Shown one piece after another: positions 28,400 through 38,178 of a DNA stretch of 64,000 nucleotides. Positions within the stretch are counted from its first letter, which is position 1. Each line of letters opens with the position of its first letter. The position numbers and the translations under genes are program-made. The stretch is taken from contig CAYMIA010000001.1 in NCBI GenBank assembly GCA_964390595.1, positions 59,981-123,980 on the forward strand, written 5' to 3'. The DNA comes from an uncultured Gammaproteobacteria bacterium. GTDB lineage: Bacteria > Patescibacteriota > Microgenomatia > Daviesbacterales > UBA10151. The notes beneath the pieces were generated by a model. That model was not told the origin of the DNA, made no database searches, and saw only the letters and a list, made by a program, of their open reading frames with translations.

Positions 28400-28453
28400 A
28401 CCCGCGGCCATCGGTACCACAAACCGGCGCTCTACCACTGAGCTACGCCCACC
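28378..28453 (-). tRNA. tRNA-His (anticodon GUG) with encoded G-1 and CCA
   Basis: Hand fold on the reverse complement. Extra 5' G(-1), acceptor GTGGGCG/CGCTCAC (one G-U pair), discriminator C, encoded CCA, D-arm GCTC-AGTGGTA-GAGC, anticodon loop TTGTGGT (anticodon GTG), T-arm GCGGG-TTCAAAT-CCCGT. Confidence 0.8.
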
Positions 28454-28614
28454 AAGCGCAGGGATCATTCGGACAACCGCTGTACTAAACTATAAAGTCT
28501 TTACTGCCGAATAATCCAGCCCAAGCTAATATCAGCAACTAACTTAGTTGGAACTGTTTTAAAGTTTGGACTGTCGATATTTTAGCAGGAATTTGGAGTT
28601 TTCTCCAGTTGGGG

Positions 28615-29334
28615 TTAGGAACTATGGAGTTCTTGGAATTGAGCTCGCCACTTAATTACTTCGGGTCCTTCATCCATCCAGTTGTATTGGGAGGTGCTTA
28701 AAAAAGCTCTACGGCCTTGCTGGCGTCTTTCTTTGACCTCAGGAGATAGGAATGCCTCAGCTCTATTTTCTGCTTCAGTCATCCTTCGTCCTAATTCAAC
28801 CAACTCGGGATCAAGCACAAGAGTTCTTAGGTATTCAGCGTACCATTCCACCCATTTTTCGCGTTCTTCTAGAAGAGGCTTTTCAACCTCTGGGGCTTCT
28901 GCTTTATTAAAGAGACCTTCCCTACCTTTAGGTTCCCAACCAAACATTTGACCATAAAAATTGAGTGGCTCAGCGTATTTTCTAACTACATCTCCACTAA
29001 CAGTCAAATGTAGCTGGTCCCAATAATGTAAGATATATCTTCGACCGGTTTCGGTGACTATGCCAAATTTTAAAAGGGTATTTAGGCGGTGAGAGCCGAT
29101 AAGTTTGTAGTCAGATCGATCTCTTCTGCCAGTTTCTTCTAAAGCTTTATAACCTTCATCTAGAACATCTGAAAAGTCTCCATTAAGTAATTGCTCTGCC
29201 CTTATACTTTTTAGCCTAGCTAGTTCTGGGTTAGCTAAATCGGGGACCAAACCAAAAAGGCTGCGGAGTTCGCAGTTTCTTTCAATAGGTGTCATGCTGG
29301 CATATTGTTCTTTAAATCTATCTACTCTGCTCAT
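28615..29334 (-). CDS. hypothetical protein (R/E-rich)
   Basis: 239-aa ORF on the other side of tRNA-His. Its composition is richer in GC than the flanks. No motif recognised. Confidence 0.45.
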   Translation of the reverse strand: MSRVDRFKEQYASMTPIERNCELRSLFGLVPDLANPELARLKSIRAEQLLNGDFSDVLDEGYKALEETGRRDRSDYKLIGSHRLNTLLKFGIVTETGRRYILHYWDQLHLTVSGDVVRKYAEPLNFYGQMFGWEPKGREGLFNKAEAPEVEKPLLEEREKWVEWYAEYLRTLVLDPELVELGRRMTEAENRAEAFLSPEVKERRQQGRRAFLSTSQYNWMDEGPEVIKWRAQFQELHSS

Positions 29335-29394
29335 TGAGGATGAATACTAACAGAGACTTAGGAGCAAAATCAAGCATTAATGAGGTGGTTTTGA

Positions 29395-31134
29395 TTAATT
29401 AGAGAAGGGAAGCAGTTTCCAGAGTTGGATGGGGTTTAAGATTGCAGAGGGGACATCGGGGGAAAGGGTGCCAAAGTCTAGGGTGTTGGTGCCAGCATGG
29501 AGGACTTGGTGGATAGTTTTGGGTTTGTAGAAAGGTTTGTTAATGGTGAAATCATAAGCATATTCTGGTAAAAGATTTGTGTTTTGAATAAGCTGGGATT
29601 GACCAGTGGAGCTGAGGAAAATTTGTAAGACAGTTTTACCTAAAGTTGAGGCGATATTTAAGAGAAACTCCCCTGAGTGATTTTTCTTCCATTCTAAATC
29701 AGCTTTAATCTCTAAACTAACAGGGGCATCAACATGAGTACCAAATTTTAAAACTGGGTTATCAAAGATCTGTTCATCTTTAAAGAGATTAATTAAAATT
29801 TGATAATCTCCTCCCTGAGGGGCTTTGATAGATAGATTGAAGGTATATTCTTCTCCAGGTTTGACCTGAGTTTCTTTGGGCAGTTGCGCTGGGGAGATCT
29901 CTAAATCTTGAGAGGAACCAGTGGCGAACAGTTTAACTTGCCCATATTCATTCCAGGTTGATTGACCAACATTTTTAAAAGTTAGGGGAATGGTATAAGT
30001 TTTTTTCTCAACTAAACCATGATAAATCTCTCCTTTAACCAGCTCAGCTTTGTATTCTTGAATGGGGGTACCATTTTGTTTGGGGATATCGCGTAAGGTC
30101 TCAAATTGGGGATAAAACTGAGTACCCAGTACATTTGGATCTGAGGGCTGGGCAGCGATTTTTTTGAATGAAAAGTGGTCAAATGGAGCCTCTTGATAGG
30201 TGAGTAAAAATGGGGTGACAGCCACAATATCTGAATGATTCCAAATTGATTCAAAAGCAGTTTTATAGTACTGGCTGACTTCACTAGCATCTGGAAGGGT
30301 GTGGTCTGGAGTTAAGCCTTCAGAGTGTTTCCAACCAGTTTCAGTGATAAAAATGGGTAAAGTTTTTTTAACTCCCAGTTTTTTTAATAGATCTTGCTCC
30401 CATTGCCAGGTGTGAATGGTGCCTCGGCCAGTGATATTGGGAGGTGAAGCAAAGCCTGGATTTGGGTAAGAGTGCGAGTCCCAACCATCTAGTTTGGCAA
30501 AGATTCCGGGAACTGCTTGGTCCATTTGTTCTAAGAAGCTAATCTCTTCTTGATAAGCAGGTAACTTTTGAGGAGCTGAGGCGTCGAGCCCAGCGTTTAA
30601 GATAAAAAAATCTGAGCTTTTAGATTTAAAAGCCTCAATAGTTTGGTTGAGAGTTTTGGCATAGTCTTTAGCATCAACAGTGTTACCCCATTCGGTGGCA
30701 TGATTGGGTTCATTATAGGCGATTACATAGCGGTTTTTGACTGGCCAGTTTAAGGAATCTAGGAAATTGGCCCAATCAATGGCATCTTGGGTCTCTGGAC
30801 GCTTCCAAAAATCTCCCTCTGGTTTGGTGGCCAGACGGACGATTGGGATTAAATGTTGCTGTCTTAAATGATCAAAAAATTGCTGCCATTTTAACTGATT
30901 TTTGTCACCTGATTGGATGACTACAGTAATATAACCCCAGTCACCACCTGAGGAATTAACTAGCTCTTTGGCGCTATCAATTTCATCATTGGTTGGGGAG
31001 ATAATATGAATTCCAAATTTGTTGTTAGAAACTGAGAGTGGATTAACTACTGCCTGAGTTGAACTAGGCAGAAATAGAAAGTAAAGAGCCAGAAGCGCTA
31101 CGAAGAGCGATATACGAAGAGCGATATACGACAT
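29395..31134 (-). CDS. secreted clan GH-A glycoside hydrolase (GH5-like) with C-terminal beta-sandwich domains
   Basis: 579 aa with a signal peptide (MSYIALRISLFVALLALYFLFLPSSTQA). NEPN (AYNEPNHATEWG) is the acid/base motif. ITETGW is a candidate nucleophile Glu. About 250 aa of C-terminal non-catalytic region follow. Confidence 0.55.
   Translation of the reverse strand: MSYIALRISLFVALLALYFLFLPSSTQAVVNPLSVSNNKFGIHIISPTNDEIDSAKELVNSSGGDWGYITVVIQSGDKNQLKWQQFFDHLRQQHLIPIVRLATKPEGDFWKRPETQDAIDWANFLDSLNWPVKNRYVIAYNEPNHATEWGNTVDAKDYAKTLNQTIEAFKSKSSDFFILNAGLDASAPQKLPAYQEEISFLEQMDQAVPGIFAKLDGWDSHSYPNPGFASPPNITGRGTIHTWQWEQDLLKKLGVKKTLPIFITETGWKHSEGLTPDHTLPDASEVSQYYKTAFESIWNHSDIVAVTPFLLTYQEAPFDHFSFKKIAAQPSDPNVLGTQFYPQFETLRDIPKQNGTPIQEYKAELVKGEIYHGLVEKKTYTIPLTFKNVGQSTWNEYGQVKLFATGSSQDLEISPAQLPKETQVKPGEEYTFNLSIKAPQGGDYQILINLFKDEQIFDNPVLKFGTHVDAPVSLEIKADLEWKKNHSGEFLLNIASTLGKTVLQIFLSSTGQSQLIQNTNLLPEYAYDFTINKPFYKPKTIHQVLHAGTNTLDFGTLSPDVPSAILNPIQLWKLLPFSN
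31101..31128. repeat. perfect 14-bp tandem duplication (cgaagagcgatata x2) inside the signal-peptide codons of the glycosidase gene
   Basis: Read directly from the sequence: cgaagagcgatata cgaagagcgatata. The unit length is not a multiple of 3, so the copy number sets the reading frame. Confidence 0.85.
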
Positions 31135-31462
31135 GCGCTTTGGTATTTTACCACCTTGCCTTAAGATTTACACAATTCTCTCTTGACTTTGGGTTTTGTT
31201 TGGGTCAATAATAGGGCTTGATGTTGGAGCTTTCTGAGCCTATTAATGTGTGGTGCTTTTTCAAGGGTACAACTGTTCAGCCATACATATTTTTTTGGAA
31301 AAAGAGAAAAATTAAGATTGATACTATTAACTTAGTCCACACCAGCAAAGATGGTGCCTCGCTACTTTACTTTTTTTCAGTTTCCGCTGGTAATAACTTT
31401 TACAGACTAAAGTTTGATCTTTTCAAATTAAAATGGTCTCTAGAAGCCTTGGAGGAAGGCGA

Positions 31463-32785
31463 ATGAGAACTATCTTTCATATTGACTTCAATAGCTACTT
31501 TGCGACTGTGGAGCAGCAGGCTAATCCGAGGCTTCGGGGCAAGCCTATTGGAGTGACGGGGGGAGATCGGATGAGCCGGACAGTCATTGGAGCGGCTTCA
31601 GTTGAGGCTAAAAAGTTTGGGGTTAAAACTGGGATGAGTATTCCTGAGGCTTTAAAGTTTTGTCCCCAGATAATTTTGGTTAAAGGAGATTCAGATAAAT
31701 ATTTAGCTTGTACCAAGCGGTTTTTAAATATTTTAAAAGATTACTCGCCTTTTCTAGAGGTTTTTTCAATTGATGAGTGCTTTTTAGAGATGCCAGTTTG
31801 TCATTCTGGGATACTTCCGAAGAATATACCCTTCACTGAAGTTCAGGGTGACAAAGGGGATCTTCAGGGAGACAGTTTTAGAAAGTTTATCGGTGTTGCT
31901 GAGGAGATTAAACAGCGAATTAGAGAGGAAGTTGGAGAATGGATTAGTTGTTCAGTGGGAATTTCATACAACAAGTTAATGGCGAAGTTGGCAGGATCAC
32001 TTTATAAACCAGATGGATTGGTGGTGGTTGAAGACCCGGAAGCAGCGATGAGAGTTTTAGATCGGGTGGAGTTAGATGATGTTTGTGGGATTGGTTTTAG
32101 AATTAAAGCCAGGTTGAATAATATGGGAGTCAGAAATTTTGCTCAGCTAAGACAGGTGCCCTTGGAGAGCTTGTTAGCTTCATTTAAAAGTTATGGGCAG
32201 ATTTTGTATAACATGGCCCGCGGTATTGATGACTCAGAGATAACCCCATTTTATGAAAAAGAAGAGGTCAAATCAGTTGGGCATAGACACACCATCAACC
32301 ATGATACCAATGATCCTGAAGAGATCAAGCAGATTTTACTCAAACTGACTGAGCTAATAGCCAGGAGACTGAGGGAAAAGAGACTTTTAGGTAGAACTGT
32401 GGTCTGTTTTTACAGAGCAGCCTTTGATAAAAACTTTTTTGAGGCGACAGGGCACCGGTTTAATGGAGATGGGATGCAAACAACTATTGAGTTAACTCAG
32501 GATGGGTTAGATATTTTTAAAGCCGCGTGGAAGGTTTTTGAAAAAATTTGGGATTTAGAACCAATTAGAATGGTTGGAGTATCTGTTTCTAATTTAACTC
32601 CAGAAAGACCTAGAACTTTGAGTTTTTTACCTGAAATTAAAAGAAGGGAGGTTATTACCAGTGCACTAGACAAAATTAACAATAAATACGGCGAGTTTAC
32701 GCTACAAAGAGGGGTGCTGCTTAATTCAGTCAGAGTCTATCGAAAACCTAACCCGTTTTTATCAGATCGCAGATTCAAATTGTAA
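31463..32785 (+). CDS. dinB: Y-family DNA polymerase IV
   Basis: The ORF track starts at 31433, but the likely start is Met MRTIFHIDFNSYFATVEQ. This matches DinB motif I (DxDxFFAxVE). FSIDECFLE matches motif II (SIDEAFLD). Confidence 0.8.
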   Translation: MRTIFHIDFNSYFATVEQQANPRLRGKPIGVTGGDRMSRTVIGAASVEAKKFGVKTGMSIPEALKFCPQIILVKGDSDKYLACTKRFLNILKDYSPFLEVFSIDECFLEMPVCHSGILPKNIPFTEVQGDKGDLQGDSFRKFIGVAEEIKQRIREEVGEWISCSVGISYNKLMAKLAGSLYKPDGLVVVEDPEAAMRVLDRVELDDVCGIGFRIKARLNNMGVRNFAQLRQVPLESLLASFKSYGQILYNMARGIDDSEITPFYEKEEVKSVGHRHTINHDTNDPEEIKQILLKLTELIARRLREKRLLGRTVVCFYRAAFDKNFFEATGHRFNGDGMQTTIELTQDGLDIFKAAWKVFEKIWDLEPIRMVGVSVSNLTPERPRTLSFLPEIKRREVITSALDKINNKYGEFTLQRGVLLNSVRVYRKPNPFLSDRRFKL

Positions 32786-32803
32786 AATGATATACTAACA
32801 AAC

Positions 32804-33748
32804 ATGAAAGCATTAGTAGCTGGGGGAGCTGGGTTTTTGGGATCGCACCTATGTGATAAATTACTTGAGCGAGGATATGACGTAATTTGTGTTGATAATC
32901 TACTCACTGGCTCAGAAAAAAATATTGAACACCTCAAAGATAATCCTAAATTTCAATTTATCAACCATGATGTGATTGAAAATTTGCCTGAGATACTTTC
33001 TGCCAATTTAGTTTTCCACTTAGCCTCCCCAGCCTCTCCTAACCATCATAGCCCGAAGAGTTATCACGTACTTTGGGAAGAAACGATGCAAGTCAATACA
33101 ACTGGAACTTGGAATTTAGCCGAGTTTGCACTGAAAAATGGTGCTAAATTTTTATTTGCCTCTACCTCTGAAGCGTACGGTGATCCACTCGAACATCCGC
33201 AAAAAGAGACCTACCGTGGTAACGTCTCAACAACTGGACCCCGCTCAGTCTATGATGAAGCAAAGCGCTTTGGGGAAACAGTGACTGCTGCATTTACTCG
33301 CTCAAAAGGGTTACAAGGAAAGATTATCCGCATTTTTAATACGTATGGGCCAAGAATGGCACGAGATGACGGCAGGTTGGTAATCGAGTTTGTGCGAGCA
33401 GCTTTAAAAGGTGAACCGCTACCAATCTTTGGGGATGGAAAACAAACACGCTCATTCTGTTACGTCTCAGATTTGATCGATGGGATCATCGCTGTTATGG
33501 AGAGTGACAAAACAAATGGGGAAGTAGTCAATTTAGGAAACCCTGGTGAGTTCACAGTTTTAGAGTTCACCGAAGTTGTTAAAACAGTTACCAATTCAAA
33601 TTCACAGGTGGTTTTTAAAGAATCCTTACCTAAAGATGATCCATTAAAAAGAAAACCAGATATTACAAAAGCGAGAGAGCTACTTAATTGGGAACCAAAA
33701 ATTCATTTAGAAGAAGGCTTGAAAAAATTAATTGTTTCACTTCAATGA
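32804..33748 (+). CDS. UDP-glucuronate decarboxylase (UDP-xylose synthase)-like NAD-dependent epimerase/dehydratase
   Basis: 314 aa with GxxGxxG (VAGGAGFLGSH). SEAYGDPLEHPQKETY matches the UXS/ArnA-decarboxylase signature around the catalytic Y-x3-K. Confidence 0.75.
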   Translation: MKALVAGGAGFLGSHLCDKLLERGYDVICVDNLLTGSEKNIEHLKDNPKFQFINHDVIENLPEILSANLVFHLASPASPNHHSPKSYHVLWEETMQVNTTGTWNLAEFALKNGAKFLFASTSEAYGDPLEHPQKETYRGNVSTTGPRSVYDEAKRFGETVTAAFTRSKGLQGKIIRIFNTYGPRMARDDGRLVIEFVRAALKGEPLPIFGDGKQTRSFCYVSDLIDGIIAVMESDKTNGEVVNLGNPGEFTVLEFTEVVKTVTNSNSQVVFKESLPKDDPLKRKPDITKARELLNWEPKIHLEEGLKKLIVSLQ

Positions 33749-36165
33749 TGTTTTTCTGCATCAAGGATCGCCAGGGTTGTTTTCAAAACTGTATCTGGAT
33801 TTAGAGAAATACTGTCAATTCCAAGGCGGACTAAAAATTTAGCAAAATCTGGATAGTCAGAGGGTGCCTGACCACAGATGCCAATATACTTGTGACGTTT
33901 TTTAGCAATTTTGACAACTTCAGTGATTAAATCTTTAACAGCTGCGTTATTTTCATTAGCAATTGATGAGAGCTCAGAGTTGTCACGGTCAATTCCAAGG
34001 GTTAGTTGAGTCAGGTCATTTGAGCCAATACTATAACCATCAAAGATCTTTAAGAACTGATCCGCTAAGATGACATCGGCTGGAATTTCACACATCATAT
34101 AGACTTTAAGTCCATCCTCACCTCTTTTTAAATTATATTTATACATTGTTTGGAGCACTTTTTTGCCTTCGTCGACTGTCCGGCAAAATGGAATCATGAC
34201 GATTAGGTTTTTAAGTCCCCATTTTTCCCTGACAATTTTGATAGCCTGGCACTCAAGTCCAAAGGCAGCTTCAAACTCAGGGTCATAATACCTGGAAGCC
34301 CCGCGCCAACCAATCATAGGATTTTCTTCTTTGGGTTCAAAATCAGCTCCGCCAACTAGCGAGGCGTATTCATTGGTTTTGAAATCTGAAAAACGGACGA
34401 TAACTGGGCTGGGATAAAAAGCGGCCGAGATTTTAGCGATACCTTGAGCTAGTTTTTGGACATAAAAATCCACTTTATCGTCATAGCCTTTAGTTAAGTG
34501 GTCGATCTGTTTTTTGGTCTGATCATTTAGTTTATCGAAATTTAGCAAAGCGAGGGGGTGAATTTTGATCTGGGAGGCGATAATAAATTCTTCGCGGGCG
34601 AGGCCAACGCCATCATTTGGTAGAAATGATGATTTAAAGGCTTCGTTGGGTGAACCAACATTGATCATGATTTTAGTTTTAGGATTTTTGAGGTGTTTGA
34701 GGTTATATTGTTTAACTTCCCATTTGCATTCTCCGTCGTAAACAATTCCCTCAGTGCCTGATGAACAATCGATAGTGATCATTTGTCCATGCTTGATGAC
34801 TTTAGTGGCTTCCTGGGTTCCAACTATGCAGGGAATACCTAATTCCCGTGAAACAATAGCCGCATGGGAGGTGCGTCCACCTTCATTGGTGACAATTGCT
34901 GAAGCAATTTTCATGATTGGTTCCCAATCAGGATCGGTAATTTTGGTGACTAAAACTTCACCTTGGTTGAATTTATCAATATCCTTGGCCGAATTAATAA
35001 TATTGGCTCGGCCTGAGGCAATTTTAGTGCCTACAGCTGAACCTTTGATCAGTGGTTTGGTCGTCTCTTTCATCTGGTAGCTTTCAATTGTTTGGGAGTC
35101 TTTGTTGCCATGGATTGTTTCGGGGCGGGCTTGAACGATGAATAACTTACCAGTCAGACCATCTTTAGCCCATTCAGTATCCATCGGTTTTTTATAATGG
35201 TTCTCAATAATAACTGCCCAACTGGCCAGCTTGAGGATTTCAGTATCTGTGAGCGTAAATTGGGTTTGTTTTTCTTCCGGAGTGCTGATTAGTTTGGTAT
35301 CTTTGCCATTTTCACCATAAATTAAGCTTTGCTTTTTAGTCCCCAAGTTTTTAGTGATTATTGCGGGGAAACCTTTTTGTAGCGTTGGTTTAAAAATCTC
35401 ATATTCATCTGGGATTACTTCTCCTTGAACAACTAACTCACCCAAACCCCAGGAAGAGTTAATGACAACCACATTTTTAAAACCAGTGTCTGGGTCAAGT
35501 GTAAACATCACCCCTGAACAAGCTTTATCTGAGCGGATCATTTTTTGGACTCCAACCGACAGATACGCGCTTAAGTGGTCAAACTTTTTGTCGACCCGGT
35601 AGGAAATCGCGCGGTCTGTAAAAAGTGAGGCAAAACATTCCTTGACTGCCTCGATTAACTCACTCTTGCCTTTAACATTCAAGAAGGTGGCTTGTTGACC
35701 AGCAAAGCTGGCGTCGGGTAGATCTTCAGCTGTAGCAGAGGAGCGGACTGCTACATCAACATCTTTAGTACTATATTGTTTGGATAGTTGGGCATAAAAG
35801 TCACCGATCTGAATTTCTAAATCCTCAGGAACTGTTGATTCACTAATCATTTTTCTGACTGAAGCGCCTTTAGATTGAAGATTTTTGATATCAGTGGTAT
35901 CTAAATCTGAAAGCTCTTGTTTGATTTTAGAGGTTAAATCATTTTTTTCTAGAAAGAGCTGATAAGCAGTAGCTGTAATAGCAAAGCCATTGGGGATATT
36001 GACTCCTTTTTTAACTAGTCTTTGGTACATCTCGCCCAAAGAGGCATTTTTACCGCCAACTAATGGAACATCTTTAATGGTCAGCTCTTTAAACCAGAGA
36101 ACTTTTTTATGCTTTCGGGAGAGGAATTTAAGCATCTTAAATCTATTATGAAACTTAAAGGTCAA
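33742..36165 (-). CDS. ppsA: phosphoenolpyruvate synthase (pyruvate, water dikinase)
   Basis: 807 aa. The PEP-utilizing enzyme phospho-His motif GGRTSHAAIVSRELGIPCIVG is present, with an N-terminal ATP-grasp and a C-terminal PEP-binding TIM domain. Confidence 0.9.
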   Translation of the reverse strand: MTFKFHNRFKMLKFLSRKHKKVLWFKELTIKDVPLVGGKNASLGEMYQRLVKKGVNIPNGFAITATAYQLFLEKNDLTSKIKQELSDLDTTDIKNLQSKGASVRKMISESTVPEDLEIQIGDFYAQLSKQYSTKDVDVAVRSSATAEDLPDASFAGQQATFLNVKGKSELIEAVKECFASLFTDRAISYRVDKKFDHLSAYLSVGVQKMIRSDKACSGVMFTLDPDTGFKNVVVINSSWGLGELVVQGEVIPDEYEIFKPTLQKGFPAIITKNLGTKKQSLIYGENGKDTKLISTPEEKQTQFTLTDTEILKLASWAVIIENHYKKPMDTEWAKDGLTGKLFIVQARPETIHGNKDSQTIESYQMKETTKPLIKGSAVGTKIASGRANIINSAKDIDKFNQGEVLVTKITDPDWEPIMKIASAIVTNEGGRTSHAAIVSRELGIPCIVGTQEATKVIKHGQMITIDCSSGTEGIVYDGECKWEVKQYNLKHLKNPKTKIMINVGSPNEAFKSSFLPNDGVGLAREEFIIASQIKIHPLALLNFDKLNDQTKKQIDHLTKGYDDKVDFYVQKLAQGIAKISAAFYPSPVIVRFSDFKTNEYASLVGGADFEPKEENPMIGWRGASRYYDPEFEAAFGLECQAIKIVREKWGLKNLIVMIPFCRTVDEGKKVLQTMYKYNLKRGEDGLKVYMMCEIPADVILADQFLKIFDGYSIGSNDLTQLTLGIDRDNSELSSIANENNAAVKDLITEVVKIAKKRHKYIGICGQAPSDYPDFAKFLVRLGIDSISLNPDTVLKTTLAILDAEKHH

Positions 36166-36170
36166 AATAG

Positions 36171-36701
36171 CTAGTGAATTGACTGGACTGCTTGTTTGAT
36201 CAAATTTTTAACTTGGTTAATATCGCTTGAAGCATCAATTTTGATCAGCTTGCTCTGAGACTTATAATGGTTTAGTAACGGAGTGGTTTCTTGATGATAG
36301 ACGAGTAATCTTTTTTCGATAATTTCGGGTTGATCGTCAATCCTTTTTCTGCTAAGTAGTCTTTGTTCTAAAGTTGAGTCTGGTACATCTAAAAAAATGC
36401 ACAGATCGATTTGAGGGTCAAAGACCGACAGTTGGGATAACCGGCGGGGGTAGCTATCTAAGATGACATCTCCAGGAGTTTGACTGAGGGCGGTTTTAAC
36501 CAGTTTAGCCATTTGTTTGTCGTCAACTAAATGACCAGAGAGCATTAATTCCTTAAATTCGTTGGCCTCCGGACTATTTTTTTTGATCTCGGACCTGATT
36601 AGACCGCCAGTTTGGATGAGAGAAAACCCAAGTTCTTCTGAAAGGAGCTTAGCTTGAGTTGTTTTACCTGAACCGATCGGTCCAGTGATTAAAATATTCA
36701 T
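36171..36701 (-). CDS. adk: adenylate kinase (short, lid-less form)
   Basis: 176 aa. The P-loop ILITGPIGSGKTTQAKLL and the overall pattern resemble short AdK. Confidence 0.7.
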   Translation of the reverse strand: MNILITGPIGSGKTTQAKLLSEELGFSLIQTGGLIRSEIKKNSPEANEFKELMLSGHLVDDKQMAKLVKTALSQTPGDVILDSYPRRLSQLSVFDPQIDLCIFLDVPDSTLEQRLLSRKRIDDQPEIIEKRLLVYHQETTPLLNHYKSQSKLIKIDASSDINQVKNLIKQAVQSIH

Positions 36702-38110
36702 TAAATTGTGACAATCTTGATAATATCAGTCGATCCGGAAAGGCCAACTGTGGAACCAGTAACGACGACGACATGGTCGCCTTTTTTGGCAAAACCGTTG
36801 TTGACAACTGTGGTAATCGATTTCTCCAAAAATTTATCAAAGCTACCTGTTGGTTCAGTGACAACGGAGCGGATACCCCAGACCAGAGCAAGCTGGTTCA
36901 TAGTTTTTTCATCATGGGCGACTGCCACTATTTGAGCATTAGGTCTAAAGGACGAGAGGAGGCGGACTGTTTGGCCAGTGGCTGTTGGAACAACGATGGC
37001 TTTGGCATTAATCCTAAAGGCGATGGAGGCGGCAGATGAGACCAGGGCGTTGTGGGATAACCATTCTTTGGCGATATTTTCCCAGTTTATTTTAATATAT
37101 TGGTTGTACTCAGGGTTGCTTTCAACTGACAGAATAATATCTTTCATGGTTTGGACTGATTCAACTGGGTACTTACCAGCTGATGTTTCAGCGGAGAGCA
37201 TAACTGCATCAACTTGATCTAATACCGCATTAGCTACATCCGAGACTTCAGCCCGGGTGGGGCGGGGGTTTTCAGTCATTGATTCGAGCATTTGGGTGGC
37301 TACAAAAACTGGTTTTTGGTTTTGTCTGCAAAGCCGGATCATCTTTTGTTGGGCGATTGGGACCTCAGCTGCAGGGATTTCAATTCCTAGATCCCCCCGG
37401 GCCACCATGATGACATCAACCTCTTTGATAATCTCCTCAATGTTTTCAATCGCCGCCTTGGTTTCAATTTTGGCGATAATTAAAGCTTTGCTACCGGCTT
37501 TTTTAATTAATTTGCGGGCATCTTTAATATCTTCTGGGCTCTGAACAAAAGACAGAGCGATGTAGTCAGCATCCTCCTTTAAACCGAATTCCAGATCTTC
37601 TTGATCTTTTTGAGTTAGAGCAGCGCCTTTAATTATAGTATCCGGCACATTAATACCTTTGTTAGAGGAGAACCAGCCATCGTTTAGAGCATCGCATTCA
37701 AAAGCATGTCCCTTAACTGCGGATACTTTTAATCCGACTAGTCCATCATTGATATAAACTCTTTGCCCCTTTTTCATATGCGGAGCTAAGTCAAACTGGA
37801 TGGGGATCTCGCCTTCAATTGGATTGAGAGCAAATTGAATTTTTTGACCTTTTTTGACCTCAACTTTTTCACTGAGTGCACCCAGTCTGAGCTTTGGGCC
37901 TTGTAGGTCAACCATGACTGCAAGCGGTTTGCCAAGTTCTTTAGAGATCTTTCTGGCATTTTTGAGCCGCTGTCTTTGTTCTGCCTGGGTTCCATGAGAC
38001 ATATTTAGCCGGGCCACATTCATGCCAGCTTGAGCTAGCTTCTTCATGCAGTCATAATCACCGCTGGCTGGACCGATGGTACAAACTATTTTGGTTTTTT
38101 TGTGAGTCAT
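36701..38110 (-). CDS. pyk: pyruvate kinase
   Basis: 469 aa. The N-terminal TKIVCTIGPAS...MNVARLNMSHG and the typical PK barrel motifs are present. Confidence 0.9.
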   Translation of the reverse strand: MTHKKTKIVCTIGPASGDYDCMKKLAQAGMNVARLNMSHGTQAEQRQRLKNARKISKELGKPLAVMVDLQGPKLRLGALSEKVEVKKGQKIQFALNPIEGEIPIQFDLAPHMKKGQRVYINDGLVGLKVSAVKGHAFECDALNDGWFSSNKGINVPDTIIKGAALTQKDQEDLEFGLKEDADYIALSFVQSPEDIKDARKLIKKAGSKALIIAKIETKAAIENIEEIIKEVDVIMVARGDLGIEIPAAEVPIAQQKMIRLCRQNQKPVFVATQMLESMTENPRPTRAEVSDVANAVLDQVDAVMLSAETSAGKYPVESVQTMKDIILSVESNPEYNQYIKINWENIAKEWLSHNALVSSAASIAFRINAKAIVVPTATGQTVRLLSSFRPNAQIVAVAHDEKTMNQLALVWGIRSVVTEPTGSFDKFLEKSITTVVNNGFAKKGDHVVVVTGSTVGLSGSTDIIKIVTI

Positions 38111-38178
38111 GTTTAGCCTGAAATTAGTATATAATATTGAGCTGGGGAATAATACCAGGTTGGATTAGTGAAGTCAAA

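Noticed and set aside
31085-31130. CRISPR array or other spaced-repeat array
   Set aside because: There are only two directly adjacent 14-bp units with no spacers, inside a coding region. No CRISPR-like repeat-spacer structure was seen anywhere in the window.
31218-31466. 82-aa ORF upstream of dinB, and the MVSRSLGGRR N-terminal extension of dinB
   Set aside because: The composition is non-coding-like. DinB motif I begins right after Met 31463, so the shorter start is preferred.
34754-35080. 108-aa plus-strand ORF, and similar ORFs at 36708-37544
   Set aside because: They are antisense shadow ORFs inside ppsA and pyk, which are strongly supported.
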